From Antedon mediterranea (Eukaryota; Animalia; Echinodermata): a DNA stretch of 64,000 nt. The DNA lies in contig NC_092671.1 of assembly GCF_964355755.1 (NCBI RefSeq), positions 23,076,070-23,140,069 on the forward strand. The letters are read 5' to 3'. Made by a program: the position numbers and the translations under genes. The notes below the pieces were generated by a model. The model was not told the DNA's origin, did not search any database, and saw only the letters and a program-made list of their open reading frames with translations. Each line of letters starts with the position of its first letter. Within the stretch, counting starts at the first letter, position 1. Positions 1-13,086 of this stretch are shown one piece after another.

Positions 1-228
1 TTGATGGCAGGTAATTTTCAAATGTAGCTTACGTGTTCAAATTCTTTTTTAAATCTATAATCATAATCCATCATATTGATGGCATGTAATTTTAAAATGT
101 AGCTGACGTGTTCTAATTCTTTTTTAAATCTATAATCATAATCCATCATATTGATGGCAGGTAATTTCCAAATGTAACTTGCTTGTTCAAATTTTTTTTA
201 AATCTATATAAATCATAAGACATCATAT
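1..228. repeat. 75-bp tandem repeat, about 3 copies visible
   Basis: Units beginning ttgatggca at 1, 76 and 151. Confidence 0.85.
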
Positions 229-2425
229 TTGATTGCAGCGAATTTTATAATTTTACTAATTATTATTGTGTTTAAATAATTTCATAGTTATGCAATTTTA
301 TTTATTATACAGTAGACCTATGCTGTAGTTCAAAGGTCAATAACCATAATATCAGCCATTCTTGTACAAACATGTTTTAAACAATTTTAAAAAAAAATGT
401 CATAAGACCAAAATGTTGCAGAGTTATATTATTATATTTGACTAATAGTTCAAAAGTCAATACAGTAGTTGTAAAATCGGCAATTTTGTGTAAAAACATC
501 TCATTATAATGAATATGAATGTATAGTTTCTGAACAATTTGAGCCCTATTTCGTGTCTCTCCGATTATTGGTTACTGAGATACGATAAATCAAGGTCAAA
601 GGTCAAAATATCAGAAATAAGACTTGTCTCTATGATCAGTAGTTATCCAGATAGAAGGTCAAGGTCAAGACAAATATTTCCTTTCGCTTTTGGACAAAAA
701 AAATTCATTAGATCAAATATAAATATATACTGTAGGTCCTGAGCAATTTTATAAGACAAGGTCAAAGGTCAAAATGCCAGAAATGGTAATTTGCAGCCAT
801 TTTTGGACAACAATGTTGTATTAGAGTGAATATTATACAGATATTGCCTGGTTAGAAGTTAAATATAAGATTTGACATCCCAGAGGGAATGATATTTTGT
901 TCGAGGAAATATATTTCCCGAAGCGCATAGCCGTGCGTACCAGATTACTACCATGAGTATTGACCAATAACAAACGGTCTTTCATCACATCTAAAGAGGG
1001 CGAATAACAAATGAGGGCGCTATGTATGCATAATTAAATAGTTTAGTTGATTCAATTTTGCATGGCGCAGCAGGAAAAACATTGTCTCGTGATGATGTGG
1101 ACTAATCTTCACTAGCTCAAGTCTCAATTTTAAATAGTTCAAGAGTATCATGCTGTCTATCCCAGAAGTTATTTATCGAGCATTACTATTAATTTGATAC
1201 ACTTTATATTTATCGATTCCATGTATGCTGTTTCAAAAGGTAAATTAGCAATTTCGCAACTCCTTGTATTTCCAAACCTATCCCCCATTATTATTAGCCT
1301 CTTATTAGATAAATTCAGAGTGTTCAGGTAAGCGAATGCCTCTGGTTCGTGGTAAGAGGTAGTGGAATGTAGCAGCAGTGGAATGTAGCAGCAGACAAAA
1401 ATCGGGAACAGAATACAGTTCAAATTCAATTTTGTCAATTAAATCGCACATCATTTTTATTACATCTTTGGCGAGAACATTTCGAATTAAGACAGCACTG
1501 TTACAACCGCAAATGTAGAAAACGCCAGCTAATGTCGAAACAACCGTTAATGTAGAACAATCCAACACTAATGTAGTAAAACCTCCAACTACTTTTTTAT
1601 TTTTCTACCATTGTACCTTTTATATTTTTCTCCTTTTTGTTTTTACTATTATACGATATAAACAGCATTACACGCGTACATCGTAACGCGAGCATTTCAT
1701 TCTATACGTACGCACTTTTATCGAACATAATTTAAACCAAACTAAATCATACATAAAACGATAAGACATCAATCGATTCAGTTAAAAACCAGTTTTAAGG
1801 TACTATTAAACTTTTAAATTTAAATTAATTTATGTTCTATCCACTCTACTATTTCCATATAAAGATATTGTGGAACCACGTCAGGTCAAGTTCAATATTG
1901 AATATCGAAAAGTGGCAGGCTATAGGCGCTTGACCTTTGACAAGATCGCCTAAAATTTATAAATTAAACTTACGATTTGTATATTAAGGAATATCCGCTC
2001 CATAATCTCTTTGCTTTTCTTCTTTATATCTATATTTTATATTTTTAATTTTATACTAACAAATATCTTTTTATTAATATTATTATAATCATAACAATAA
2101 ATATTAAAAAAATATATATAAAATAATAATTATCGCATAATATACAGTCTAGGATAATTAATTGATATACAAAATCATTACACCTAACTACTATCTTCAT
2201 CTCCTTATGCGGAACATCATTTGAATAATAGAACATATCACACATAATCAAACATTGTATACTCCTCTGTCTCTAACAATATTTCAATCTTCTATCGACT
2301 AAAGCCGAATTATATTCGTTATCTCGGGACCGTTCTATGGTCACCACCAGGTAGGCTTACTTCATCAAGGCTTCTATGAATGGATGACGAGTTGGGAGCG
2401 CTAGTAGACCAAACCCAGTACCGTT

Positions 2426-3607
2426 TTGATTACGATCATGCAGGAAATTACCTCACGACACACTGTTACAACCATTAATAATGAACCTACTGAATCTGTC
2501 TCGTCTTACATCAACTTTTGTGAGGACTTGACCATTCCAAGTAAATGTGTCAAAGTTTATCCTAATGATAAACCGTGGGTAGATAAGAGCGTTAAGGTTG
2601 CTCTCAGAAACAAAAGGTTAGCATTCAAATTTAATGATAAAAATAAATTAATACAAGCAAAACACCAGTAAAAAAACAGTATTAAAAAGAGTAAAACTAA
2701 ATTTTAAAAAAGGTTGAAAAACACTTTCAGGATAAAAACACGCGAAAAGCATGGAATGAAAGCTCTTTTTGAGATGCTCTCCGGGTTTGATGAAGCAAGC
2801 CTGGCGGAATCCCTAAATAAATTCTATACCAGGTTTGATGAGTCAAACTTCGAGAGTAGGTCAACTGAGATTTGTAAAAATTTAGTTTCTGAGAGTTACC
2901 CATTGATAACCTTAGATGAGGTAAGAAATCTTTTTCGCCGAACTAAATCGAATAAAGCCGCAGGCACTGACAGACTTGGTGGAAAACTGATTGGAAGTTG
3001 TGCTTCGGAATTGGCATACATTTTTCAGCACATTTTTCAAATGTTGCTTAGTTTATCAGTTGTTCCATCTATTTGGAAACACTCACTTATTGTTCCTGTT
3101 CCAAAGCTGTCACCTGTTAAGGCTTTAAACGATTTTCGTCCCATTGCATTAACTTCACTAGTTATGAAATGTCTTGAGAGGTTTGTAGCTAGTCTGATTA
3201 AGGCTGTTGTTGAAAATAAGCTTGACCCAATGCAGTTCGCATACAGAGCGCATCGTGGTGTAGACGATGCTACAGCAACACTCCTACATTTCATACATAA
3301 ACATATAGATCAAAAGGGTACTTATTCAAGAGTTTTATTTATTGACTTTTCCTCGGCCTTTAATACAATCCAATGTCATGTTCTTTTAACCAAGCTCTTG
3401 AAACTCAATATTAATCATCATTGATAATGTGGGTTAGAAACTTTCTCCATAATAGGACCCAACAAGTCAAAGTAAACAAACACACCTCTAATATACTCTA
3501 CAATAATACCGGTTCGCCACAAGGATGTGTCTTATCCCCCTGCTGTACATCCTCTACACCAACGATTGCTGCCCTCTGTCCGACTACTGTATGGCAGTCA
3601 AGTATGC
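2426..3607 (+). mobile_element. Rex1/Babar-like LINE, 5' part of RT (frameshifted)
   Basis: NDFRPIALTSLVMKCLER, LDPMQFAYR, LFIDFSSAFNTI and GSPQGCVLSP motifs. Stops at K-Y-A of the YADD motif. Confidence 0.85.
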
Positions 3608-5767
3608 AGGACTCTAAAGTAAGAGAATTTGGTAATTGGATCCAAAACCAAACTTGGTCTAATGTTTATGAAGCTGTTGATATTCAGTCCAAGGCAGACG
3701 CTTTTTATCCAACGGTTAATCATGGTGTTTAGTTTTTTTCCAAGCAAAACTGTGAAATTACATAACAGGGACAAACGATGGATGACGGCTCATATAAAGA
3801 ACCTGATTAACCAAAGGCAAAGAGCGTTTGCCATCGGTGATAAAACCACCAGGACTAGCCTCAAAAACGAAATTATTAAGAAAATTAAAAAAGCCAAGGC
3901 TTCACACAATATTAATAAAGTTCGAAGACTCCAAAGGACTGAACCTGGGAAATGGCACAAAGAGGTCAGGTATTTAGCAAACATGAACAAATCTGATATT
4001 ACCATCCAAATGACAGATATTGCACCTACAGATTTTGTAGGAGCTGCTAATGCTATTAATAAGCAATTAGTTATAGCCGCCAACTCACAACAACCTTTGG
4101 TTTTAACTGATCTCCCTGCCTATTTACCTAGCCCAGTGCCTCCTCCCCAGGTCCAGCCTTGGGAGATATTTGACGATATGAATAAACTTTCCACTTGTAA
4201 GGCTGGTGGCCCAGATGGTTTACCCCCACGTTTATTAAAGGTTGTAGCATACAAATTAAGTCAACCAGTGACAAATATAGTTAATGCATCCCTTACGCAG
4301 AGCAAAGTGCCAACCCAATGGAAGGAAGCCAATGTGATCCCACTCCCTAAAACGGCCCCACCATCAATTGACAAGTTACGCCCGATTTCCTTGACCCCGT
4401 GCCTAGCAAAAATTGGTGAAGGTCGTGTTTGTAAATGGATTGTTGAGCCAATTAATCCCCGGATTGATTATAGACAATTCGGTAACCGCAAAGGATTGTC
4501 CACCACCCACTGTCTGATTGATATTTACCACCATCTAGGTTCTGGTGCAGAGAAGCCGAAAAACATTAGCACACTAATTGTGCTAACTGATTTTTCCAAG
4601 GCGTTCGAGTTAGTTGACCATCAAATCTCAGTCACAAAACTACTCGAACTTGGGGCACCTCCTCCACTCGTACAGTGGGTGGTGGACTTCCTGACGGAAA
4701 GAAAACAAAGAGTCCGATATAAAAATTCGTACTCTGATTGGATTGAGTTGATGGGTGGAGTGCCCCTGGGCACAATCATTGGTCCCATAGCATTTTTGGC
4801 TATGATCAATGACGCTCTAGTTAATATCAATAATAACAAAATGAAAGTCTGGAAATATGTAGACGACCTCACACTTGGGGAAAATAGGACTAATGGTGGT
4901 ACATCGATTCAAACTAGTTTAGACACTGAATGGAGCATTATTAATAAACTAAATCCAAATAAATGCCTTGCAATGCATATCAATTTTAGTAAACATTTAT
5001 CCCCCTATCCTGATTTGCATATATCTAATCACTCTTTGGCTGTAGTTCAGGAAGTTAAATTGTTAGGTGTAATCATTCAAAACAATTTAAAGTGGCAAAG
5101 CCATGTAGATAACATTTGTATTAAAGCTAACAAGAAAATGTTTATGATACGCAAGTTGAGAGAAGCAGGTCTTAATAGTAATGAACTTATTTCTGTTTAT
5201 AAAGGTTATCTGAGACCGGTGCTTGAGTATGCAGCCCCTTTGTGGCATGCAGGTCTTACGCAGGGACAGGTGAATCAGGTGGAAAAGATTCAGAAGCGTG
5301 TCTGCAAGATTGTGTTGGGCAATGAGTATACAACATACTCGGATTCTCTTGCCATTTTAAATCTTCAACCACTCCACACAAGATGGCACTCTTGCAAGGT
5401 TTTTGCCTCTAAAGCACACGCCTCTGGTCAATTCTCCACCTGGTTCCCTGCCCCTCAGTATAGATCCTGCATGACCCTTAGGCTTAATCGTAAAGTGGAA
5501 AACTATAGTTACAAAACAAAACGTTTCCAAACTAGTCCTGTCCCTTTTATGGTTGAACTTTTGAACAAACTAGCTTTTTTATTTTTTTTTTGCTTGTTTT
5601 ACTATTATTTGAGTTAACTGCAGTCTAATTTATTCGTTTTTATATATGTATGTATTGTTGATAGTGATTATAGTTTAAATAGTTTTTATAATGTAATACA
5701 TATGCAATTCAGCCATGTGCTGCCATGTATGTAATTTTTATGTGAATTTTGATATACCGATATATAA
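3608..5767 (+). mobile_element. 5'-truncated CR1/L2-group LINE with 662-aa RT ORF (3629-5617), nested insertion
   Basis: LRPISLTP, TDFSKAF, GGVPLGT, KYVDD and RPVLEYAAPLW motifs. 3' UTR contains tgcaattcagcc...gctgc. atgc is duplicated at 3604-3607 and 5768-5771. Confidence 0.9.
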
Positions 5768-6613
5768 ATGCCGACGACACTGTTCTTGTTGGTCTAATCA
5801 CAGAAAGTAAGCCCGACTCTATAAATGAATATTATAATGAGATATCAAGGTCTACTGACTAGTGTAATGATAATTATTTAAAATTAAATACCAAAAAGAC
5901 ATGTGAAATGATAATTGACTTCCGGAAAAATATATTACATGAAAATCTGAAAATTGGAAATGATAACATTAGGGTTGTGTCTGAATTCAAATATTTAGGT
6001 ACCACTATTGATGATCGGTTAAAATGGAACCAAAACACACTCAGACTTTATAAAAAGGGTCAACAAAGACTTTATATGATGCGTCAACTAACAAAATTTA
6101 ATATTGACAACACAATTCTTAAACTTTACTATAATTCTATGATTTCTAGTGTCATTTCATTCTGTTCTACAATTTGGGTTAACTCTTTAAGTCTAAAAGA
6201 TCATGCATTATTAAATAAAATAAACAGAAGGGCGTGTAGGATTACTGCAATGACCATAGATGATATGACATCTACATATGAAAATACTATGATAAAGCGT
6301 ATCCTACCACAACCTTCTCATCCCCTCTTCAAAGAATATAATTTTCTTCCATCATTAATCCGACTTCAATCCCACCGTGTACGATCAACCCGTTATTCCA
6401 AATCATTTATCCCTAAGTCAATTACAGTTTTCAACAACACCGTTACTAGATAATTTGGTTCTGTTTCAGTAATTTACTGTGTTATCGTTTTTGTGCAATT
6501 TTGTATAGTGTGTATAATGTTCTTATATATTTATTGTTCTTTTTAATAGTGTACAAAAATCGAATTTCCAATGATATGTTTTATTGGACCAAATAAATGC
6601 TGTGAGAGCAGCG

Positions 6614-6645
<32 letters not shown>
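5768..6645 (+). mobile_element. Rex1/Babar-like LINE, 3' part with (ATT)n tail
   Basis: Resumes A-D-D-T-V-L-V-G-L. ORF 5908..6453 has FKYLG, SHPL and SFIP. aataaa near 6592 and (att)n at 6615-6645. Confidence 0.85.
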
Positions 6646-6649
<4 letters not shown>

Positions 6650-7415
6650 AGAAAATGTTACATATTTTACACAAATGTCTAAATCATGTGCAAATGCATC
6701 GATCTTTACTTAGCTATCAGTTTCCACCTCTTGTAAGCAAAACGACCACACATCGTAAGCAACCATCTCTGTTAAGGGACCGCTTTTCATAATCGACCAC
6801 CTCCACTCATAAGGGACCGCTTCTCATAAGAGACCACTTCTCATAATCGACCACCTCTCGTAAGCGATCACCTCTCTTAACGACCACACACCTCCCGTAA
6901 GTGATAAAAATCAACACCAGCTAAATGTAGAAACAGTCAACAGCTTATGTAGTAACGAAAATTACCTCCCATGCTTATGTAGTTACTATCGCCAGCTAAT
7001 GTAGAAAATGTTATATATTTTACAAAAATGTCTAATTCATGTGCAAGCATCGGTCTTTACTTACTGTGAGTCTTTCCACCTCTCGCAAGCAACCAACTTT
7101 CTAAAACGACCACACATCGTAAGCAACCATCTCTGTTAAGGGACCGCTTCTTTTAATCGACCACCTCTCGTATTCGTAAGCGACCAACACGACCTCTTTC
7201 TCTCTATTAAAGGACCGCTTCTCATAATCAACTATCCCCGTCACAACGACCTCTCGTAAGTGACCACCTCTATTGAACGACCACCATCTCCTTTAAAGGA
7301 CCGCTTCTCATCATTAACCCCCTCGCGTAAGCGACCGCCTGTCTTAACGATCATAACTCTCGTCAATGAAAACCTCTATTAAAGGACTGCTTCTCATAAC
7401 CAACCACCTCTCGTA
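6643..7415. repeat. Non-autonomous repeat built of gctaatgtag and gaccacctct sub-repeats; its head lies at about 1499-1590
   Basis: Same family as 19473-20515. The matching start ttacaaccgc.aatgtagaaaacg is at about 1500, so this copy appears split by the sequence at 1590-6642. Confidence 0.65.
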
Positions 7416-7479
7416 TAGTAGGGGTTCTTAGCACGAAAAAACAGGTCGATCGGTCACTTTTTGATATTCATATTCATAT

Positions 7480-8070
7480 TCATTCATTTTCCAGATAAGA
7501 AATATAATAATACAAAAAAGAAAAGAAAAATATTACATAGAACAAGCAAGACAGTTGGCAAGGAAAAAAAACAGGACACTATTCTGGCGGATTGTCAAAA
7601 AGCAGAAAGAATATCGCTGTAGAAGACTCTCCTGATAGTGCTGGTTGGCAAAATGACCGTAACGAGGTTAAACATTTAACAATCCAGTTACATAAAATTT
7701 ATATAAAGCAGAATAAAAATTACTATCGTTGTAAATGAACATGACGTGATATAGACCGGAATCTCATCCCACATCCGTGGAATTGAAATAAAAACAGAGT
7801 AAAAAAAAGCATTAGTACGAGACTGAAAACAAGATTCTCACTTCTACGTTCAACAGGTGTAGGAGGTAGCAAGGCACCATCAATTAGGAAATCTGTATAG
7901 AGGCACTTCACAACAAATATAAGACGAATGAATTTTAGTCTATTATAAATAGTGGGTAATTTTAGAGTACGCAACCTATGTTCGTATGACGGCCGCATAT
8001 CATTGTCCAATATGAAAAAAACGTAGGAAGCATGATTTATGAGATTCTTTTTTGACTGCATGTATTTCAA
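7480..8070 (-). mobile_element. Degenerate CR1-like LINE 3' fragment
   Basis: SYEHRLRTLKLPTIYNRL motif typical of LINE ORF2 C-termini, followed by an A-rich 3' region. Confidence 0.55.
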
Positions 8071-8211
8071 ACATTCATTTTACAGTGAGCATTAATATTA
8101 TTTGCGATGCAAATTTGTATTTAAAATTGCTTGCTTTTAAAACAAAATAGAAACTGACATATAAAGAAGAATACAGTGCCTATCTTCCTTCTATATAAAT
8201 GTATAATGTAC

Positions 8212-8948
8212 CTCATCATTCACCACATGCCATTATTTGTACCATTACACTCATAAACATTCATTATTTGTATATTATTATTATATAACACCTAAATAAA
8301 TTCCTGTCATTTGATTGGACGAATGTCACATGGCGTGCAATAGTACGCACTATTAAACGATCGTTTAATAGTACTTTTTTTTTTTTTTTTTTTTTTTATT
8401 ATTTTGATTAATTAATGGGAACATCTCTACAAGACATGGAATCGTTGGAAAAACCATAATTAGCCTAGATAATTAGCCTAGATAAGTTCTAATTTTCTGT
8501 CAAAGTTTTGCCTTTCAGCCAACAAGCTAGTACTAGGGTCTAGGTTAGGCCTAGGCCTGTTAGTATTAGGCTAGGCCTAGCCTAGGCGTTTTAGCCTTGC
8601 TAGGATTGTTTTGTCGTGGACATAATTAACACTGAAGTAGGTGTGTTTATAAAATCCATATAAATATAAGATTTAATATAATATTAAAAACCAAATGTTA
8701 CTGTTTTAATCAATGTGAATGAAATGTATGTAGGCCGTGGCTAGAGCTACCTTTCATTTAATTCATTAATTTAGATGTTATATAAAACAAATAATGAATG
8801 TTTTATATTCGTGTAATGGAACAAATAATGGCATTTGGTGAATTATGAAAGGTTAAACTCAACGTTGCCTTGTTGATATATAACCTTTCATCATTCACCT
8901 CATGCCATTATTTGTACCATTACACTCATAAACATTCATTATTTGTAT
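8212..8948. repeat. Unclassified non-autonomous element with a long terminal hairpin
   Basis: A block of about 60 bp (catcattcacc...ttatttgtata) occurs at 8214 and 8889, with an inverted copy at about 8780-8852. Confidence 0.6.
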
Positions 8949-9448
8949 ACTATATTACTGTACTATCTTCTTGATTCTCGTCCATTGGACCTGCTAGTAG
9001 TACTTTAATAATACTTCATTGGCTTTTCATTAAATAATGTATCTTCAAAATCTTTGTTTTAACATTTAAAACTTTATCTTTTTCCCCCGTCATATTATAT
9101 CGCCCAACTTGTTCATTGGTATGTTCCATCTCGTCGCATTTCCTTCTTTCGATCATTTTTTAATTTTTCAAATACCGAAAAGAAGAAAATAAAAGATTTC
9201 ATCTTTTGCCAAATGAACGAAATTATTTGTTCATTTGCACGAATATGAAACATTCAGTATTTGCTGTATAACACACCTACCTTTCGTAAAGGCCAATTTT
9301 GGACATGAACAACAATTATAGAAGGCACATTTTGAAACGCAGCGAATGAACAGCCTTGTGGTTGCTCACTGTGTAACAACAGTGAACGTGCAAGAGTTCA
9401 AAGGAGTAGTTAATATACTCAGGTTATAATAAAAAATAACCAGCTTAC

Positions 9449-9581
9449 CATCTTCCTTTCCATTCTGTTTTTAGAACTTGCCCATCTGTTACACGAACCA
9501 TGGGACGTTCTGGATACTTATCTAAGTATTCTTTAATAAATTCTCTTGAATCTTCATGGACATCTTCCCATACATAATTGC
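9449..9581 (-). CDS. SETDB1: SETDB1-like exon (SNYVWEDVHEDSREFIKEYLDKYPERPMVRVTDGQVLKTEWKGRW)
   Basis: ttctctAG|...|GTaagc, 133 nt, phase 1 to 2. Matches SETDB1 WEDI...RDFIEEYVTAYPNRPMV...GQLIKTEWEGTW. Confidence 0.93.
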
Positions 9582-9678
9582 CTAGAGAAAAAAATACTAC
9601 TTTGTAGATAAAAATTAATATATATTAAATAGATATTAAATTTATCAAAATAAAGAAAAAGTGGGAATGCAAGTTTAA

Positions 9679-10721
9679 CACATTGACTGCCAACTTCGCA
9701 TTTATGCGAACAGGACGCCACAACTCGCTGTGCCAACTTCGCCTATAATAGGCTAGTTTTACTGGCTGTGCCAAGTTCGCATTAACGGGAATAAATGAAC
9801 TTGTCAATAAAATAGCCTACATAACGTCTTCTACGAGTCTAATTGTATTGACATGCATATTAAACGAAAGCCAATGAACCATTCTATATTTTAACGTGAA
9901 CATTTGTAGGGCTTACTATATTGAAAATTTGATTATTTTGAGGTTAAAAATGTCAGTTTTAAAATAAAGGAAGCTCACTTCCACCGGGAGTCGTCGCTGC
10001 TGTGCTTGATGAAGATGGCTCGGATATTGACGTCTAGAAAGAAAGTGATGAAGGCCAAGGCAAGGTGGTATGGATGAGGACTTATTAATTATCTAGGCCT
10101 ACATTAGGCATTTCTCTCCCTTAGCAGAATCAGTCCATTTCACCAGGGTTTTTGAAAAAATCCGGGTAATAAATCTTGGTCCGTTTTAAACAATTTACGA
10201 GTTCTGATTGTTTATCTTGACACACATGAGAGGCCAGCTGGAGTGTGACACGACATTTCACTACAGAAATTGCTGAAAACCATGTAGGAATTTTCATGAG
10301 CTGTCCAGGTGACCTTGTTGTAAATGACCTAATAGTACCCTTGGGTTGTATTTGCTGGGCAGTTAATATAATCAAATTACAATTGTATGTTTTATGGGCT
10401 GACACTCTTGACAGGCCTGTGGACCATTTCTGCTAAGGGAGAGTTTTGCTTTTTACTACTATTTTATTAACTAACTTGGCCTAGACCCAGCTAGCTGTGC
10501 AAATATTGCTAAAATAAAAATACAGTAGATATGTCTGATGAACATTTGTTTTATTATTTATTTTTTTCAAATTATCAATAGTTTATAAGTTATTTGCAAC
10601 ATCATTCTATCCGGTCAAAAATTGTCTTTATTTTGAAATTGCTAAAAAATAACCACCACTGAAAATGAAAAGTACTGGCAGTACATAACACTGGGCCAAT
10701 AAACATCCAGCAGTCAATGGG
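9679..10721 (+). mobile_element. piggyBac-like non-autonomous element
   Basis: TTAA|cacattgactgc...gcagtcaatggg|TTAA. Subterminal gccaa(c/g)ttcgc repeats and an acidic N-terminal transposase-like remnant near 9950-10060. Confidence 0.75.
10114..10443. mobile_element. 330-bp MITE nested in the piggyBac-like element
   Basis: Perfect 16-bp TIR ctctcccttagcagaa / ttctgctaagggagag. Confidence 0.75.
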
Positions 10722-12045
10722 TTAAACAATGACCTTACTTTAATGGGACAACTGACCTCGATGACAAAACATGAACTTTTTTTATGGCCTTTCTGCTGAG
10801 CAGGAATAATTGGTTATTAACCGATTATTAATTTGATTATTTTTGAAAATGAAATAACCGAGTAAAAAATTACAGATTAAAAACACTCATCCATTGCATG
10901 TTTTAACATATTATTTCTTGTTTTAACTGATTATTGCGGAGCAATTTTTAGCACTTTGACCTCTAGAGTGTGGCAACCCTCACTCACTGCTTTTTATTTG
11001 TGCAATCGACAACAATCAGCAAAACAACAATGTGGACCGATGAGATAACATTGGATTTTTATTATTTTGTGGGGGAGAACTATACAAAGAGACTCAAGGA
11101 TTCTGTGTTACAAGTACATCATCCCACCAGTCCAGGATAACAATGTTTTGCATGTCCTTTTTAGGCCTGTTGTTTTCGGTAGAAATATATAGCGTAGCTA
11201 GGCCCAAGAGTAGAAATAACGGCGAAACGAACTTTCTCGCCGACGTTCCCGTATTAATATAACATCATTATTCTATTGTATGTGGTACGGTAGTAAGCTT
11301 AGATGTTTATTTTACAAATAATATAGCTATACGTAAGAGTTCAATTTTATTTTTTAATCCTACATGTGAGTTTTAGGCAGCGATAGGATGTAAACAAAGC
11401 AACTCTGATCGGCGTTCCATAACTTGAACTGCGTTGTGGGTATGGATGGCGTGATTTTTAAAAACCGAATACCAGGTAACCAATTAACGTCGGAGAACAT
11501 TTTCAACGCGGTCAATTCTGTGGTTTGTGGTATCGATTAATTTTATTTTTTCAGCAGAAACAGACCCTACAGTATGGCTTGGTATTATTTTTTATGCAAG
11601 TAGCTCAATGAGAGAAAGTTACAAAATCACAAATGTATGTCTATACAACAGATTCACCCTTTGAAAAATGTTGTATGTTCATCATATATGAAATCAAGTA
11701 ATATCTAGAATTCAGCATTCCACACATACCTGGTAAGCACTGTACAGGCCTGTATTAGTACTCAAACAAATTTCCGACCAAGATTTACAGTTTTGAAACC
11801 GGCTGCCGACCACCATATTATAGGCCTAACTAAACATTTTTACCTAGCACATCATTAACAACAGACAAGCTAGCCATACTCAAGATAAGGTAAATGTTCC
11901 CATGGTTACATTAATTTGTAACTCAATACAAGGCCTACTCTACCCTGACATTCATTGTTACACTACCTACAGCTTAAGAGTTTATATTGCGAACAACATC
12001 TTGTAGTAACCAATCAATTCAGGAAGTTTATTTCTAACCAGCTCG

Positions 12046-12230
12046 ATGAAGAATTCTCAACATTTTTCTATTATGCTTGATGAAACAATTGATGACAGCA
12101 TATCTGAATTATATATTGATGGCGATATGAAACTATGTATAAAGTTTCTAAAAATGATCGAACTATTCAGAGCAGCAATAAAAATTAAAATGAAACGATC
12201 ACTAACCATGTTACTTGATATTACCCCAAC
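12046..12230 (+). pseudogene. hAT (ZNF862/ZMYM1-like) transposase fragment
   Basis: FSIMLDETID motif with the first catalytic Asp region, and FLKMIEL. Confidence 0.55.
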
Positions 12231-12597
12231 AAATAGCTTAGCGCGCATAGCCCCTCGTTGGGGCTTTTGGTACTTTCATTGGCCAAATTCTGTAATCTGT
12301 AAATGTTTTCTTGGAATCTAAAATGTGTAGTGTTGATGACAAGAGAATTTGATAAATTACACTATATCTGCGATGGACATGCTTGTGCGTCTTTTCCTGT
12401 GCAAATCTTCCTCCAAATATCTCTATTGTTTCTTTAAAAGGTGCTTTAAGCCTCATTCGCACTGGACTTAATCGGGTCAAATTTTAGAGTGAGATCTTAC
12501 CGAGGTCACGGGTAACATTTTCGGTAACTCTTACCGTCGTTCCCACTTGGACTAATTACACTCGGTAAGTCAGCTAGTGTTGAGCCATGAAAAGTAA

Positions 12598-13086
12598 TTG
12601 TTGAGGGCGCTAAATAGTGACCCCTACTTTGAGCAAGCGCACATGCACAGCATGCAGAAAACAAAAATAAAAAGCGCGAAGTTGACATTTTCACCAAGCA
12701 GCTCCTCCCGCGAACACATACCTATAATGGCCAAGAAAAGAAAAAGAAAAACAGGAACCGAAAGGAAAATCGGGAAAAAAAATTGGGCACACGCTAAAAC
12801 ACATGCGTTAATTGAAATCTGGGGTGAAAAGACCCATCAGGAAGGTTTTGAAAGCATGAAATACAATTTGAGAGTTTGGACCAGTATATGCGAGAGGCTC
12901 ATCGAAGCCTTCCCGGATTGTCAATACAATACCTGGGAATTGAATCGCGATAGAATCGAATATTTGAAAAAAAAATATCGGGCCACTAAGAAAACAAACA
13001 ACGCAAGTGGACATAGCCGGGCAACATCGCCGTTTTACGACGCAATATTAGGTAAGAATGTAGGAATATGTAGGCCTATATCATAA
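12598..13086 (+). CDS. Harbinger accessory Myb/SANT (trihelix) DNA-binding protein, probably first exon
   Basis: NW...T.ALI.IWGE...N..VW..I...L...R..YLKKKY...N.SG.SR...PFYD..LG trihelix signature, with a GTAAG donor near 13052. A Harbinger-like terminus tta|agcctcattcgcactgg lies at 12449. Confidence 0.8.
   Translation: MLRALNSDPYFEQAHMHSMQKTKIKSAKLTFSPSSSSREHIPIMAKKRKRKTGTERKIGKKNWAHAKTHALIEIWGEKTHQEGFESMKYNLRVWTSICERLIEAFPDCQYNTWELNRDRIEYLKKKYRATKKTNNASGHSRATSPFYDAILGKNVGICRPIS

Noticed and set aside
3421-3732. ORF as a single protein
   Set aside because: It is a chimera across the junction of two LINEs at 3607/3608.
1-9448. Next downstream SETDB1 exon (expected W..RV..VD.SLV)
   Set aside because: Not found by eye. 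It probably lies before position 1, although I may have missed it.
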